64,000 nt of DNA from an uncultured Thermoleophilia bacterium (GTDB lineage: Bacteria > Actinomycetota > Thermoleophilia > UBA2241): NCBI GenBank assembly GCA_963702475.1, contig CAVPCT010000002.1:288001-352000 (forward strand), in the 5' to 3' direction. Below, in pieces: positions 1 through 10,500 of this stretch. A model generated the notes under the pieces. The model was not told the DNA's origin and did not search any database. It was given only the letters and a program-made list of their open reading frames with translations. Both the position numbers and the translations under genes were made by a program. Numbering within the stretch: position 1 is the first letter of the stretch; every line of letters begins with the position of its first letter.

Positions 1-108
1 ACCTACGCCAGCACCGGCAACTACATCCCGCTGATGAAGGACGCGCCGGCCGGCATGCTCACCGTGGTCGACATGCCGCTGCCGCGCTTCTGGACGCCGA
101 CCGCCTGA
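1..108 (+). CDS. ord: 2,4-diaminopentanoate dehydrogenase, 3' end (partial)
   Basis: Frame 1 reads TYASTGNYIPLMKDAPAGMLTVVDMPLPRFWTPTA*, like the Ord C-terminus (N-x-IP...A-x-P/AG...D-x-PxPR); lies directly upstream of ortAB. Confidence 0.7.
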   Translation, partial: TYASTGNYIPLMKDAPAGMLTVVDMPLPRFWTPTA

Positions 109-168
109 GCCTCGACCCGTGCGCGCCGGCTGCGGCCGGCGCCCGGCCACCTGAAAGGGGTGTCCGCG

Positions 169-501
169 ATGAGCGATGAGGTCCGCGCCCGCGAGGGCGA
201 CTGGGTCGAGATCGAGCGCACGTTGCTCGACCCGGCCGACCGCAGCGGCAACCTGCCGCCGGAGACGGCGGACAAGCCGCTCAGGATGTGGGTCAAGGGG
301 TTCGCCCTGGGCGAAGCCGCCCGGGGCGAAGAGGTCACCATCGAGACGATGACCGGGCGACGGGTAACGGGCACGCTCGCGACCGTCAACCCCGGCTACT
401 TCATCACCTACGGCAACCCGATCCCCGAGCTGATGCACGTCGGCAGGGACCTGCGCGTCCGGCTCGCCGCCTACCGGCTGGCGGAAGGCGGTGACGTCTG
501 A
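169..501 (+). CDS. ortA: 2-amino-4-ketopentanoate thiolase alpha subunit
   Basis: GDWVEI...PLRMWVKGF...IETMTGR...YGNPIPEL signature; ATG 169 after AAAGGGG; stop overlaps ortB start. Confidence 0.9.
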   Translation: MSDEVRAREGDWVEIERTLLDPADRSGNLPPETADKPLRMWVKGFALGEAARGEEVTIETMTGRRVTGTLATVNPGYFITYGNPIPELMHVGRDLRVRLAAYRLAEGGDV

Positions 502-1913
502 TGGCCACGCGCTTCGACGCGATCATGGCGCGGCGGGGCGAGATCATGCGCCGCGCCCTCGGCATGGACTACAGCGAGTTCGAGCTCAGCCCCATCGCCT
601 TCGACTACGAGGGCATGATGGCGGCGCACGGCTACACGCTCGACGAGATCGTCGCGATCCAGACGCGTGCCGGCGTGGGCAACACGCCGCTCCTGGAGCT
701 GCGTAACCTCACCGACCTGGTGCGCAGCGTGAGCGGACCCGGCATGGGCGCGCGCATCTTCGTCAAGGACGAGGCCGCCAACCTGGCCGGCGCCTTCAAG
801 GACCGACGCGCCAGCGTGAGCATCCACGTCGCCAGGGCGAAGGGCTACGAGGGCGTGATCGCGGCGACCTCGGGCAACTACGGCGCCGCCGTCGCCAGCC
901 AGGCGGCGCGCAACAGCCTCAGGTGCATCATCGTCCAGGAGACCTACGACAGCCGTAAGGTCGGCCAGCCGGAGATCCTGGAGAAGGGCCGCATCTGCGA
1001 GTCCTACGGCGCCGAGGTGCTGCAGCTCACCGTCGGCCCCGAGCTGTTCTTCCACATGGTCGAACTGCTCGACGTGACCGGCTACTTCGCCGCTTCGCTG
1101 TACAGCAGTTTCGGTGTGAGCGGCATCGAGACCCTCGGCCTCGAGATCGCCCGCGAGATGACGGAGCTCACGGGGGCGCCCCCGACGCACGTCGTGGTCA
1201 CCCACGCCGGAGGAGGCAACACCACCGGCACGGCCCGCGGCCTCCAGCGTGCCGGCGCCACGAACACGCAGGTCGTCAGCGCCTCGGTGGACCTCAGCGG
1301 GCTGCACATGGCCAGCGACGACGACTTCAACCGCAAGAGCTTCACCACCGGCCACACCGGCTTCGGCGTGCCGTTCGCGACCTGGCCGGACCGCGCCGAC
1401 GTGCCGCGCAACGCGGCCCGGCCGCTGCGCTACATGGACCGCTACCTCACGGTGACGCAGGGCGAGACGTTCTTCGTCACCGAGGCCATGGCCAAGCTCG
1501 AGGGCCTCGAACGCGGCCCGGCCGGCAACACCGCCATGACCGCGGCCGTGAGCCTCGCCCGCGAGCTGCCGCGGGACGCGACGGTCGTCGTGCAGGAGAC
1601 GGAGTACACCGGCGCCGGCAAGCACCACTGGAGCCAGCTCAACTTCGCCAAGCAGATGGGCGTCGAGGTGCGCTCCGGCGACCCGGCCGAGAACCAGCCC
1701 GGCAAGGTCATCGTCATCCCGGAACGCCTGGAGCAGATCCGCGCCAAGGACTTCGACCTCGCGCGTATGCGTCAAAGTTACGTCCGCAACGCGCTCAAGA
1801 ACGCGCCGGAGGGCTACGCGCCGACGGCGGACGACGTGGCGTTCCTGGCGGCGGACACCCATTCTGACACCGCCTCCGTCGAGCGCACGCTGGCCACGCT
1901 CCGGGAGGTGTGA
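501..1913 (+). CDS. ortB: 2-amino-4-ketopentanoate thiolase beta subunit (PLP fold II)
   Basis: GNTPLLEL, KDEAANLAGAFKDR (PLP Lys), TSGNYG, FNRKSFTTGHTGFG, QETEYTGAGKH. Confidence 0.92.
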   Translation: MATRFDAIMARRGEIMRRALGMDYSEFELSPIAFDYEGMMAAHGYTLDEIVAIQTRAGVGNTPLLELRNLTDLVRSVSGPGMGARIFVKDEAANLAGAFKDRRASVSIHVARAKGYEGVIAATSGNYGAAVASQAARNSLRCIIVQETYDSRKVGQPEILEKGRICESYGAEVLQLTVGPELFFHMVELLDVTGYFAASLYSSFGVSGIETLGLEIAREMTELTGAPPTHVVVTHAGGGNTTGTARGLQRAGATNTQVVSASVDLSGLHMASDDDFNRKSFTTGHTGFGVPFATWPDRADVPRNAARPLRYMDRYLTVTQGETFFVTEAMAKLEGLERGPAGNTAMTAAVSLARELPRDATVVVQETEYTGAGKHHWSQLNFAKQMGVEVRSGDPAENQPGKVIVIPERLEQIRAKDFDLARMRQSYVRNALKNAPEGYAPTADDVAFLAADTHSDTASVERTLATLREV

Positions 1914-1914
1914 G

Positions 1915-2277
1915 ATGTCTCGCGAGGACACCTTCCTCAAGGTGCGCGGTCACCTCGACGGCCTCAGCGACGAAGAGCTGGAGGCCAGGTTCTGGGAGCT
2001 GGCGCGCCAGGTGGTGGACCCGATGATCGCGCTGGCGCGCACGCATACCTCGCCCAGCATCGAGCGCTCGGTGCTGATGCGCATGGGCCTGGACTCGCCG
2101 ACCTGCATGGCGGTCGTCGGCGAGTGCGAGAAGCGCGGCTTGCTGGGGCACGGCGCCGGGCAGGTGGTGCTGCACTGCAGCACCACCTGGGGCTGCACTG
2201 CGCCCGAGGCCGCGCGGCGCCTGGCGGCCGGCGAGGGCTGGGAGCTGGCCGAGCAGAAGTGGGGAGGAGCGCGATGA
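1915..2277 (+). CDS. oraS: D-ornithine 4,5-aminomutase S subunit
   Basis: LSDEEL..RFWEL, HTSPSIERSVLMRMG, GLLGHGAG; directly upstream of oraE. Confidence 0.9.
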   Translation: MSREDTFLKVRGHLDGLSDEELEARFWELARQVVDPMIALARTHTSPSIERSVLMRMGLDSPTCMAVVGECEKRGLLGHGAGQVVLHCSTTWGCTAPEAARRLAAGEGWELAEQKWGGAR

Positions 2278-4481
2278 CCGGCATGCCGCCTCTCTACCCC
2301 GGTGACAAGCTCGACATCGAGGCCCTGCTTCAGGACCTCGAGCACTACCGACCGCGCCGCAAAGGCTGGCACTGGCGCGAGCTCGTCCCCGACCAGCGGC
2401 TCCACAAGTTCGTGTACAAGGAGACCTCGGCCGGTCTCGAGCGCAGCGTCCCGCTGCCGGCCGCGCACTACTTCGGGGACATCGACCCACAGCCCGACTG
2501 CGTCGTCACCACCGAGATCGCCTCCGGCCGCTTCGAGGACGACATCCGCCGCATGCGTATGGCCGCGTGGCACGGTGCCGATCACATGATGGTCATCCGC
2601 ACCGCGGGGCAGAGCCACATGGACGGCCTGCTCGAGGGCACGCCCGAGGGCGTCGGCGGCATCGCCGTCACGCGCAAGCAGGTGCGCGCCACGCGCAAGG
2701 CGCTCGACCTCATCGAGGACGAGGTGGGCCGGCCCATCAACTTCCACTCCTACGTGAGTGGGGTCGCCGGCCCCGAGATGGCCGTCATGTTCGCCGAGGA
2801 GGGCGTCAACGGCGCCCACCAGGACCCGCAGTACAACGTCCTGTACCGCAACATCAACATGTACCGCAGCTTCGTGGACGCAGCCGTGGCCAAGCACGTC
2901 ATGGCGAGCGTACGCATGGCCCAGATCGACGGCGCGCACAACGCCAACGCCACCGCCGTCGAGGCCTGGAACGTGATGCCCGAGCTGCTCGTGCAGCACG
3001 CCATCAACTGCGCCTACTCCGAGGCGGTCGGCATGCCGAGGGAGGACATCTGCCTGAGCACCGTGCCGCCGGACGCGGCCCCGGCGCCGTGCATGCGCAT
3101 GGACCTGCCGTACGCCGTCGCCCTGCGCGACCTCTTCGGCGAGTACAAGATGCGCGCCCAGGAGAACACGCGCTACATGGAGGCCGACGGCCGCGACGCC
3201 ACCGTGAGCCACGTCATGAACCTGATGATCAGCCGGCTCACCAGCGCCGACATCCAGAGCACGATCACTCCGGACGAGGGCCGCAACGTGCCGTGGCACT
3301 ACAACAACGTGGCGGCGGTGAACACGGCCAAGCAGAGCCTCGTGGGCATGGACGGCCTGCGTGAGATGGTCAAGATCGACCGGGACGCGCCGGAGCTCAA
3401 AGCCAAGGTGCGCGAGATCAAGGAGCGCGCCGTCCTGTTCCTCGAGGCGATGCTCAAGGACGGCGGCTACTTCGCCGCCGTGGAGCAGGCGTATTTCGTC
3501 GACTCCGGCATCTACCCTGAGACGCACGACGACGGCATCGCCCGCAAGAGCGACGGCGGCGTGGCGGCGGGGACCATCGTCGAGCGCGCCGCCGACTACC
3601 TGGCGCCGGTGTGCCACCACTTCGGCGAGAACCACCTGCCGGAGGGTTTGGGGCGCGCCTGCGACCTCATCGGCGGCTGCACGCTGTGCGACCCCGACAA
3701 GGTCCCGTTCATCGATGAGCTCGACCCCGATGACAACGTCAACGCGAGGCTGGCCCAGACGGCCGAGCTCCGCGCGAAGGGCCTGCTCAAGCCCGAGGTC
3801 GAGTGGGCCGCCGACGGCTGGGTCGTGGTGACGCTGTTCCTGCCGGCCGCGGCGCGCGTGGCCCAGGCCGCGGCCCTCGAGTTCGGCAGGGCCATGAACC
3901 TGCACGACTGCGAGGTCATCAACACGCAGGTCATGCACCCGGCCGAGGGCACCTACGTCGAGATGAAGGGCCGGCTCGAGGTGGTCGTCGACCCGGCCCG
4001 CCTTGTCATCCCGCCCGAGCCCGTCGTCATGAAGGACGCGGAGCTCAAAGCGTTCGTCACCGGCCACAAGCTCAAGTGCGTGGCCGCGACAGTCGGCGAG
4101 GACGAGCACTCCGTGGGCATGCGCGAGATCATCGACATCAAGCACGGCGGCCTCGAGAAGTGGGGCTTCGCCTGCGAGTACCTGGGCACCAGTGTCCCGG
4201 TCGAGAAGGTCCTGGACGCGGCCGTCGAGCACGCCGCCCAGATCGTCCTCATCAGCACGATCATCACGCACGGCGACATGCACCGCACCAACATGGAGAA
4301 GCTCGCGGACCTGGCCGTGGAGAAGGGCGTGCGGGACGGGCTGCTGCTCATCGCCGGCGGCACCCAGGTCACCGACGAGCTGGCGCGCTCGTGGGGCATG
4401 GACGCCGGCTTCGGGCGTGGCACCAAGGGCATCCACGTGGCCTCGTTCATCGTCGAGACGATGCGTGGGCGGGGGATGTGA
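2274..4481 (+). CDS. oraE: D-ornithine 4,5-aminomutase E subunit (AdoCbl/PLP)
   Basis: TEIASGRFEDDIRRMRMAAWHGADH, DEHSVG base-off cobalamin motif, IDIKHGG PLP lysine; ATGA overlap with oraS gives start 2274. Confidence 0.95.
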   Translation: MTGMPPLYPGDKLDIEALLQDLEHYRPRRKGWHWRELVPDQRLHKFVYKETSAGLERSVPLPAAHYFGDIDPQPDCVVTTEIASGRFEDDIRRMRMAAWHGADHMMVIRTAGQSHMDGLLEGTPEGVGGIAVTRKQVRATRKALDLIEDEVGRPINFHSYVSGVAGPEMAVMFAEEGVNGAHQDPQYNVLYRNINMYRSFVDAAVAKHVMASVRMAQIDGAHNANATAVEAWNVMPELLVQHAINCAYSEAVGMPREDICLSTVPPDAAPAPCMRMDLPYAVALRDLFGEYKMRAQENTRYMEADGRDATVSHVMNLMISRLTSADIQSTITPDEGRNVPWHYNNVAAVNTAKQSLVGMDGLREMVKIDRDAPELKAKVREIKERAVLFLEAMLKDGGYFAAVEQAYFVDSGIYPETHDDGIARKSDGGVAAGTIVERAADYLAPVCHHFGENHLPEGLGRACDLIGGCTLCDPDKVPFIDELDPDDNVNARLAQTAELRAKGLLKPEVEWAADGWVVVTLFLPAAARVAQAAALEFGRAMNLHDCEVINTQVMHPAEGTYVEMKGRLEVVVDPARLVIPPEPVVMKDAELKAFVTGHKLKCVAATVGEDEHSVGMREIIDIKHGGLEKWGFACEYLGTSVPVEKVLDAAVEHAAQIVLISTIITHGDMHRTNMEKLADLAVEKGVRDGLLLIAGGTQVTDELARSWGMDAGFGRGTKGIHVASFIVETMRGRGM

Positions 4482-4510
4482 AGCGCCACATCCCCCGCCC
4501 GATCAGCGGT

Positions 4511-4547
4511 CCGGCCGCGCGCGGAGAGAACGGCCGCGCGCGGCCGG
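4511..4547. terminator. GC-rich hairpin between convergent oraE and dodecin
   Basis: ccggccgcgcgcgg / ccgcgcgcggccgg 14-bp inverted repeat. Confidence 0.45.
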
Positions 4548-4579
4548 CCGTGCGTGTCCCGAGCCCGGCCGGGCCGTCC

Positions 4580-4795
4580 TCACGCGTCCCTGTGGTACTT
4601 GAAGGAGACGCTCACTTTGGCGCGGTAGGCGACCACCTTGTTGTCGATGATGTGCATGTCGAGCTTCGTCACCTCCGCCACGCGCAGGTCCTCGAGGTGA
4701 GAGGCTGCCTCCTCCACAGCGATCGTCGCGGCCTCCTCCCAGGACGTGTCGCTCGTACCGATGATCTCGATCACCTTGTAGACGCTGCCGGCCAT
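4580..4795 (-). CDS. Dodecin family flavin-binding protein
   Basis: 71 aa MAGSVYKVIEIIGTSDTSWEEAA...DLRVAEV...YRAKVSVSFKY; GGAGGAGG RBS before ATG 4795. Confidence 0.85.
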   Translation of the reverse strand: MAGSVYKVIEIIGTSDTSWEEAATIAVEEAASHLEDLRVAEVTKLDMHIIDNKVVAYRAKVSVSFKYHRDA

Positions 4796-4958
4796 GGCTC
4801 CTCCTCCGTCGGTGGTGGCTCGTAGTTGCATATCCTCCACCGAACGGCCTCGGATGCAGCGTTGTCGCGCTCGCGGCCTGCTCGCCTCTGCAGGGACGCG
4901 AGTCGGCGCGATGAACTGCCGATACTCGGGAGAAGGCAACGCGGCGAGAGGGGAGTCC

Positions 4959-5456
4959 ATGGCACGGCTGTTCATGATCTTGACCTACATCTTCGGAGGC
5001 GGCGGGGTGGCGCTCGCCTTCTACTTCCTCGGGAGATCCGGCTCCGGCGCGGACGAGGCCATGACCGTCCTCACCCTCTGTCTGTGCGTGGTCGTCGGCG
5101 GCCTGAGCTGGGTGCGTCACTTCCTGCTGTGGAAGAGTGACGCGAAGCTCCTCGGCGTTGCCGGCCAGTCGCCGTTCTTTCACTGGGAGGTCGGCTTCGC
5201 CAACGGCGCGTTCGCCTTGGCCGGCCTGCTGACCTTCGTCCTCGACTGGGGTGTGTACGCCATGGGGGCGGTCGTCCTGGCCTACGCGTTCTACCTGTTG
5301 CAGGCGTCGATCCTGCACGGCTGGCGCTACTTCAGCGGCCAGAGCCGCACGCCTGCGCGTCTGTGGGGGTCGTTCGTCGGTCTCACGGCGATGTGCATCA
5401 TGGTCATCGCAGCGGCGTCCATCGCGATGGCGAACGCCGAGCAGGTGCTGTCCTGA
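4959..5456 (+). CDS. DUF6790-like membrane protein
   Basis: Multiple TM segments, SPFFHWEVGFANGAFALAG motif; AGGGGAG RBS before ATG 4959. Confidence 0.6.
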   Translation: MARLFMILTYIFGGGGVALAFYFLGRSGSGADEAMTVLTLCLCVVVGGLSWVRHFLLWKSDAKLLGVAGQSPFFHWEVGFANGAFALAGLLTFVLDWGVYAMGAVVLAYAFYLLQASILHGWRYFSGQSRTPARLWGSFVGLTAMCIMVIAAASIAMANAEQVLS

Positions 5457-5471
5457 CGTGACGCGTGTGCC

Positions 5472-6824
5472 GTGAGTACCGTCCACCGCACACCAGTCGA
5501 CGCCCTGGTCGCCGAGATCGGCTCGACGACGACCGTCGTCTCCGCCTTCGGAGGCCTGCGGGACTGGCCGGCTGCGACGCCCCGGCTGATCGGCCAGGGC
5601 GTCGCCGCGACCACCGTCGCCGAGGGCGACGTCACGGCGGGCCTGGGTGAGGCGCGGGGCCGGCTCGAGGAGGCCGCAGGCCCGCTCGAGCCGGCGGTCA
5701 CGCTGGCCACGAGCTCGGCCGCCGGCGGCCTGCGCATGACCGTGCACGGCCTCACCCAGAAGATGACGGCCATGGCCGCGCGCGAGGCCGCGCTGGGGGC
5801 CGGCGCGGTGGTCAAGTACCAGACCGCCGGGCGCCTGCGCGATCGCGATCTGCGGCGCATCGAGGAGGTGGCCCCCAATCTGGTCCTGCTCGCCGGAGGC
5901 GTGGAGGGCGGCGACTGCGACACGGTGCTCCACAACGCGGAGCGCCTCGCCGAGCTGAGACTCAGGCCGATCGTCGTATACGCCGGCAACTCGGTCGTCC
6001 GTGCCGATGCACGGGAGCTGCTGGAACGCGCCGGCTTCACGGTGCGGCCCACGAGCAACGTCTATCCGGCCATCGACGAGCTCGACATCGTGCCGGCACG
6101 GGCGGTCATCCACGACGCCTTCGAGGAGCACATCATCCACGCTCCGGGCATGGAGCGCATCGGGGAGATCGTAGACGGGCGCATCCTGCCCACGCCGGGG
6201 GCGGTGCTGATCGCCGCCGAGCTGCTCGCCGCCGAGGTCGGGGACCTCGTCGTGGTCGATGTCGGCGGCGCCACCACCGACGTCCACTCGGTCACCGACG
6301 GCAGCCTCGAGCTCGCGGCCCTCATGACCGAGCCGCAGCCGCACAGCAAGCGCACCGTGGAGGGCGACCTCGGCACCTACGTCAGCGCGCCGCACGTGGT
6401 GGAGATGCTGGAGTCGCAGAAGAGGCCGGTTCACCTGCCGCCGGCGCTGCCGCGCACGCCGGAGGAGGTCGCGGCGGCGCTCACGCTCACGCACTTCGCC
6501 GCCGTGACCGCCGTGCAGCGCCACGCCGGCGAGCTCTCGTACCTGTACACGCCTTCGGGGCGCCAGACGGTGGCCCGCGGGCGCGACCTGACGGCCTGCC
6601 GCCTGCTGGTCGGCACCGGCGGAGCGCTCACGCGTCTGCCGGGCGGCGAGGGTGTCCTCGCGGACGCGCGCGCGAGAGACGGGGGCGGGCAGCGCCTGCT
6701 GCCTCCGCCGGACGCGCGCATCGCCCTCGACCGGGACTACGTCTTCGCCTGCGGCGGCGCTCTGCTGTCGCACTTCGAGGCCGGCGCCGTGCTGAGCCTG
6801 CTGGTCCGCAGCGCCGGCCTCTGA
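5472..6824 (+). CDS. GlmL/MutL-type reactivating factor for ornithine aminomutase (Or-4-like)
   Basis: LVAEIGSTTT, ATSSAAGGLRMTVHGL, DVGGATTDVHSV, KRTVEGDLG; context next to oraSE. Confidence 0.85.
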   Translation: MSTVHRTPVDALVAEIGSTTTVVSAFGGLRDWPAATPRLIGQGVAATTVAEGDVTAGLGEARGRLEEAAGPLEPAVTLATSSAAGGLRMTVHGLTQKMTAMAAREAALGAGAVVKYQTAGRLRDRDLRRIEEVAPNLVLLAGGVEGGDCDTVLHNAERLAELRLRPIVVYAGNSVVRADARELLERAGFTVRPTSNVYPAIDELDIVPARAVIHDAFEEHIIHAPGMERIGEIVDGRILPTPGAVLIAAELLAAEVGDLVVVDVGGATTDVHSVTDGSLELAALMTEPQPHSKRTVEGDLGTYVSAPHVVEMLESQKRPVHLPPALPRTPEEVAAALTLTHFAAVTAVQRHAGELSYLYTPSGRQTVARGRDLTACRLLVGTGGALTRLPGGEGVLADARARDGGGQRLLPPPDARIALDRDYVFACGGALLSHFEAGAVLSLLVRSAGL

Positions 6825-6871
6825 CCCGCCGGTCGGGCGAGCAGAGCTGCTTCGCCCGGCCCGCCTTCCCC

Positions 6872-6899
6872 TCAAGCTCGCCTCCGCTGCCGCCGATAG
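6872..6899 (+). promoter_or_regulatory. Putative sigma28/WhiG-type promoter
   Basis: TCAAG(6872-6876)-N15-GCCGATAG(6892-6899), 26 bp before the GTG at 6926. Confidence 0.55.
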
Positions 6900-6925
6900 C
6901 CCCCACAGTCGAGAGGGAGGGGACA

Positions 6926-7435
6926 GTGAGTACTATCATCGTCATCGTCGTCGCGCTCGTCGTCGCGACGATCCACCTGTACGTCAGCAAGCAGCCGCGT
7001 ACCGCCCGTCGCAAGCTGGACCTCTACCTGTTGTACACGCTCGTCGTGGGCGTGGGCGCAGGAGGGCTGTTCGGGGCCATGGGGCATCTCTTCGCGCCCG
7101 ATCGGGTGGCGGAGCAACTCGGCTGGGCGACCGGGAGCCCGTTCCAGACCGAGGTCGGTCTCTTCGACCTGGCCTTCGGCGTGCTCGGCATCTGCTGCAT
7201 CTGGATCCGCGGTCAGTGGTGGTACGCGGTGACGGTCGGCTGGACGGTGTTCGCAGTCGGCGCCGGCATCAACCACCTGCTGCTCACGGGGGAGGCTCAG
7301 GGCGGCGCCCTGAACGCCGGTTCGGTGCTCCCGGACCTCATCGTCCCGGCACTGCTCATCGTGCTGCTCGTCGTCCGTCACCGACTCGCCGGCTCCGCCC
7401 GCACCGCAGGGGCCGGCGCGCTCACCCAGTCCTGA
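6926..7435 (+). CDS. DUF6790 family membrane protein
   Basis: GHLFAPDRVAEQLGWATGSPFQTEVGLFDLAFGVLG; hydrophobic segments; GAGGGAGG RBS. Confidence 0.7.
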   Translation: MSTIIVIVVALVVATIHLYVSKQPRTARRKLDLYLLYTLVVGVGAGGLFGAMGHLFAPDRVAEQLGWATGSPFQTEVGLFDLAFGVLGICCIWIRGQWWYAVTVGWTVFAVGAGINHLLLTGEAQGGALNAGSVLPDLIVPALLIVLLVVRHRLAGSARTAGAGALTQS

Positions 7436-7582
7436 CGCGTCCCGGACGTGACTGCAGTGTCCGCCCCCTCGCTGACTTGCTGCACCGCCGGTGACGCCGC
7501 CTCCTGCGCTTCCCCTTGGTTCCGTCGAATCCGTCCTCGCGGTGTGTGATGCTTGCACTCCCTTGGGGCATCCACTCTGCAC

Positions 7583-10500
7583 ATGACGGCGTCAACACAT
7601 CCAGCGCTCGAGGCCTTCACGCCCCAGGTACGTGAGTGGTTCGCGCGGGCCTTCGCCGATCCCACGCCCGCCCAGGTGCAGGCGTGGCCGGCGATCGCCT
7701 CGGGGCGGCATGCGCTCATCTCGGCGCCCACCGGCTCGGGCAAGACGCTCGCTGCCTTCCTCTGGGCTCTGGACCGCTTCGTCGCCGAGCCGCCGCCCGC
7801 CGATGCCAGGCAGCGGCGCACGCGGCTCGTCTACGTGTCGCCCCTCAAGGCGCTCGGCTACGACGTGGAGCGCAACCTGCGCGCGCCGCTCCGCGGCATC
7901 GGCGCCGACGTGCGCGTGGCCGTCCGCACCGGCGACACGCCGCAGCGCGAGCGCCGCGACATGCTCAAGACGCCGCCCGACATCCTCATCACCACGCCCG
8001 AGTCCCTGTACCTCATGCTCACCTCGCAGGCGCGCGAGCTCTTCGCGGGCACGGAGTGGGTCATCGTCGACGAGATCCACGCGGTTGCGCAGACGAAACG
8101 CGGGGCGCACCTCGCGCTCACGTTGGAGCGCCTGGCCCACCAGGCGGGGCGCGACGTGCAGCGCATCGGCCTGTCCGCCACCCAGCGGCCGCTTGACGAG
8201 GTGGCCCGCTTCCTCGCAGGGCCCCAGCGGGAATGCACGGTGGTCGACGCCGGCGTGCGCAAGCCGCTCGACTTGCGCATCCACGTGCCCGTGGAGTCCA
8301 TGGTCGAGCCCGGCGCTCCGCTGGACCTCGATGCGGTGCCCGGCGGCGAGGCCACCAGGCGCAGCATCTGGCCGGCTATTTACCCAGAGCTTCTGCGCCT
8401 GGTCCGGGCGCACCGTTCCACGCTCGTCTTCGTGAACGACCGGCGGGCGGCCGAGCGCATCGCCCTGCGGCTCAACGACCTGGCGGCGCGCGAGGGCGAG
8501 GGTGGGAGCGCGGGCGAGTGGGGCGGCGCGCCGGCCGGCCCCACGGCCGGGCCGGCCGGCGCGCCGCCCCGGGAGATCGCCCGCGCCCACCACGGTTCTC
8601 TCGCGCGCGAGGAGCGTCTCGTCATCGAGGAGCAGCTCAAGGCCGGGCAGCTGCCCTGCCTGGTGGCGACGTCTTCGCTCGAGCTGGGCATCGATATGGG
8701 CGCTCTCGACCTCGTCATCCAGGTGGAGTCCCCCAAGTCGGTCACCCGAGGTTTGCAGCGCATCGGCCGCGCCGGTCACGGCGTCGGCGAGGTGTCGCGC
8801 GGCCGCATCTTCCCGAAGTTCCGCGCCGACCTGCTCGAGTGCGCCGTGGTGGCACGGCGCATGCGCGAGGGTCTCATCGAGACGACGGTGGTGCCCCGCA
8901 ATCCTCTGGACGTGCTTGCCCAGCAGGTGGTCGCCATGGCCGCGAGCGCCGGCGACGAGGGCGTGGCGGTCGCCGACCTCCACGCCCTTGCCCGGCGCAC
9001 CTGGACGTACGCCGACCTCGAGCTGCGCCAGCTGGAGAACGTCCTCGACATGCTCGACGGCCGCTACCCGTCGCGCGAGTTCGCCGAGCTGCGGCCCCGC
9101 CTCGTGTGGGACCGCATCGCCGGCACCGTGCGCGCCCGCCCCGGGGCGCGGTCGCTCGCCGTCGCCAACGCCGGCACCATCCCGGACCGCGGGCTGTTCA
9201 GCGTCAATCTGCCTGACGGCCGCCGCGTGGGGGAGCTGGACGAGGAGATGGTGTACGAGGCGCGGGCGGGGCAGACCTTCTTGCTCGGGGCCACGTCCTG
9301 GCGCATCGAGCAGATCACGCGCGACAGGGTCGTGGTCACCCCGGCGCCGGGAGTGCCTGGGGCCGTGCCGTTCTGGCACGGCGAGAGCGTCGGCCGGCCG
9401 CGTGAGCTGGGCGAGGCCATCGGCGCGTTCACGCGCTGGGCCGTGCGCCAGGACGAGGCCACGCTGGGCCGCGAGTACGACCTCGACGAGCTGGCGGCGA
9501 GCAACTTGCTGGCCTTTCTCAAGGACCAGGAGGCGGCGACGGGCGTGGTGCCCTCCGACCGCACCCTGGTCGCGGAGCGCTTCCGTGACGAGATCGGCGA
9601 CTGGCGGTTGTGCCTGCTCTCGCCCTACGGCGGCCGGGTGCACGCCGCCTGGGCCCTGGCGCTCTCGGCGCGCATCCGCGACACCTTCGGCCTGGAGGCC
9701 GACGCCATCTGGTCGGACGACGGTGTCATCGTGCACCTGCCGGACGCGGACGATCCTCCGGGGGCCGAGCTCGTCCTCGTCGAGCCTGACGAGGCGGAGG
9801 AGCTCGTGGTCGCGGAGCTCGGGTCGAGCGCGCTCTTCGGCGCGCGCTTCCGCGAGAACGCGGCGCGCGCCTTGCTCATCCCGCGCGCCTACCCGGGACG
9901 CCGTACGCCGCTCTGGCAGCAGCGCCTCAAGGCGCAGTCGCTGTTGGAGGTCGCACGCCGCTACCCGCAGTTCCCCATCGTGCTCGAGACCTACCGTGAG
10001 TGCCTGCGCGACGTGCTCGACGTTCCGGGGCTCGTCGACGTGCTTCGCAAGGTCCACACGCGGGAACTCTCGCTCGTCGAGGTCGAGACCCAGACGGCGT
10101 CCCCGTTCGCCTCGTCGCTGCTCTTCGACTACGTGGCGACCTACATGTACGAGGGGGACACGCCGGCGGCCGAACGCCGCGCCGTCGCCCTGGCCCTGGA
10201 CCGCGACCTGCTTCGCGAGCTGCTTGGGCAGGAGGAGCTGCGCGACCTCATCGACCCCGGTGCCCTCGAGCAGGTGGAGGACGACCTGCAGCACCGCTCC
10301 GATCAGTCGCGCGCCCGCAGCGCCGACGCGCTGCACGACGTGCTCAGGCGCGTCGGCGACCTGACGGCAGCGGAGGGGGCCCAGCGGGCCGAGCCCGCGG
10401 ATGCGGCCGCCGCTTGGCTCGCGCGCCTCGAGGACGAGCGCCGCGCGGTGCGCGCTCGCGTCGGCGGGGAGGTACGCTGGTTCGCCGCCGAGGACGCCGG

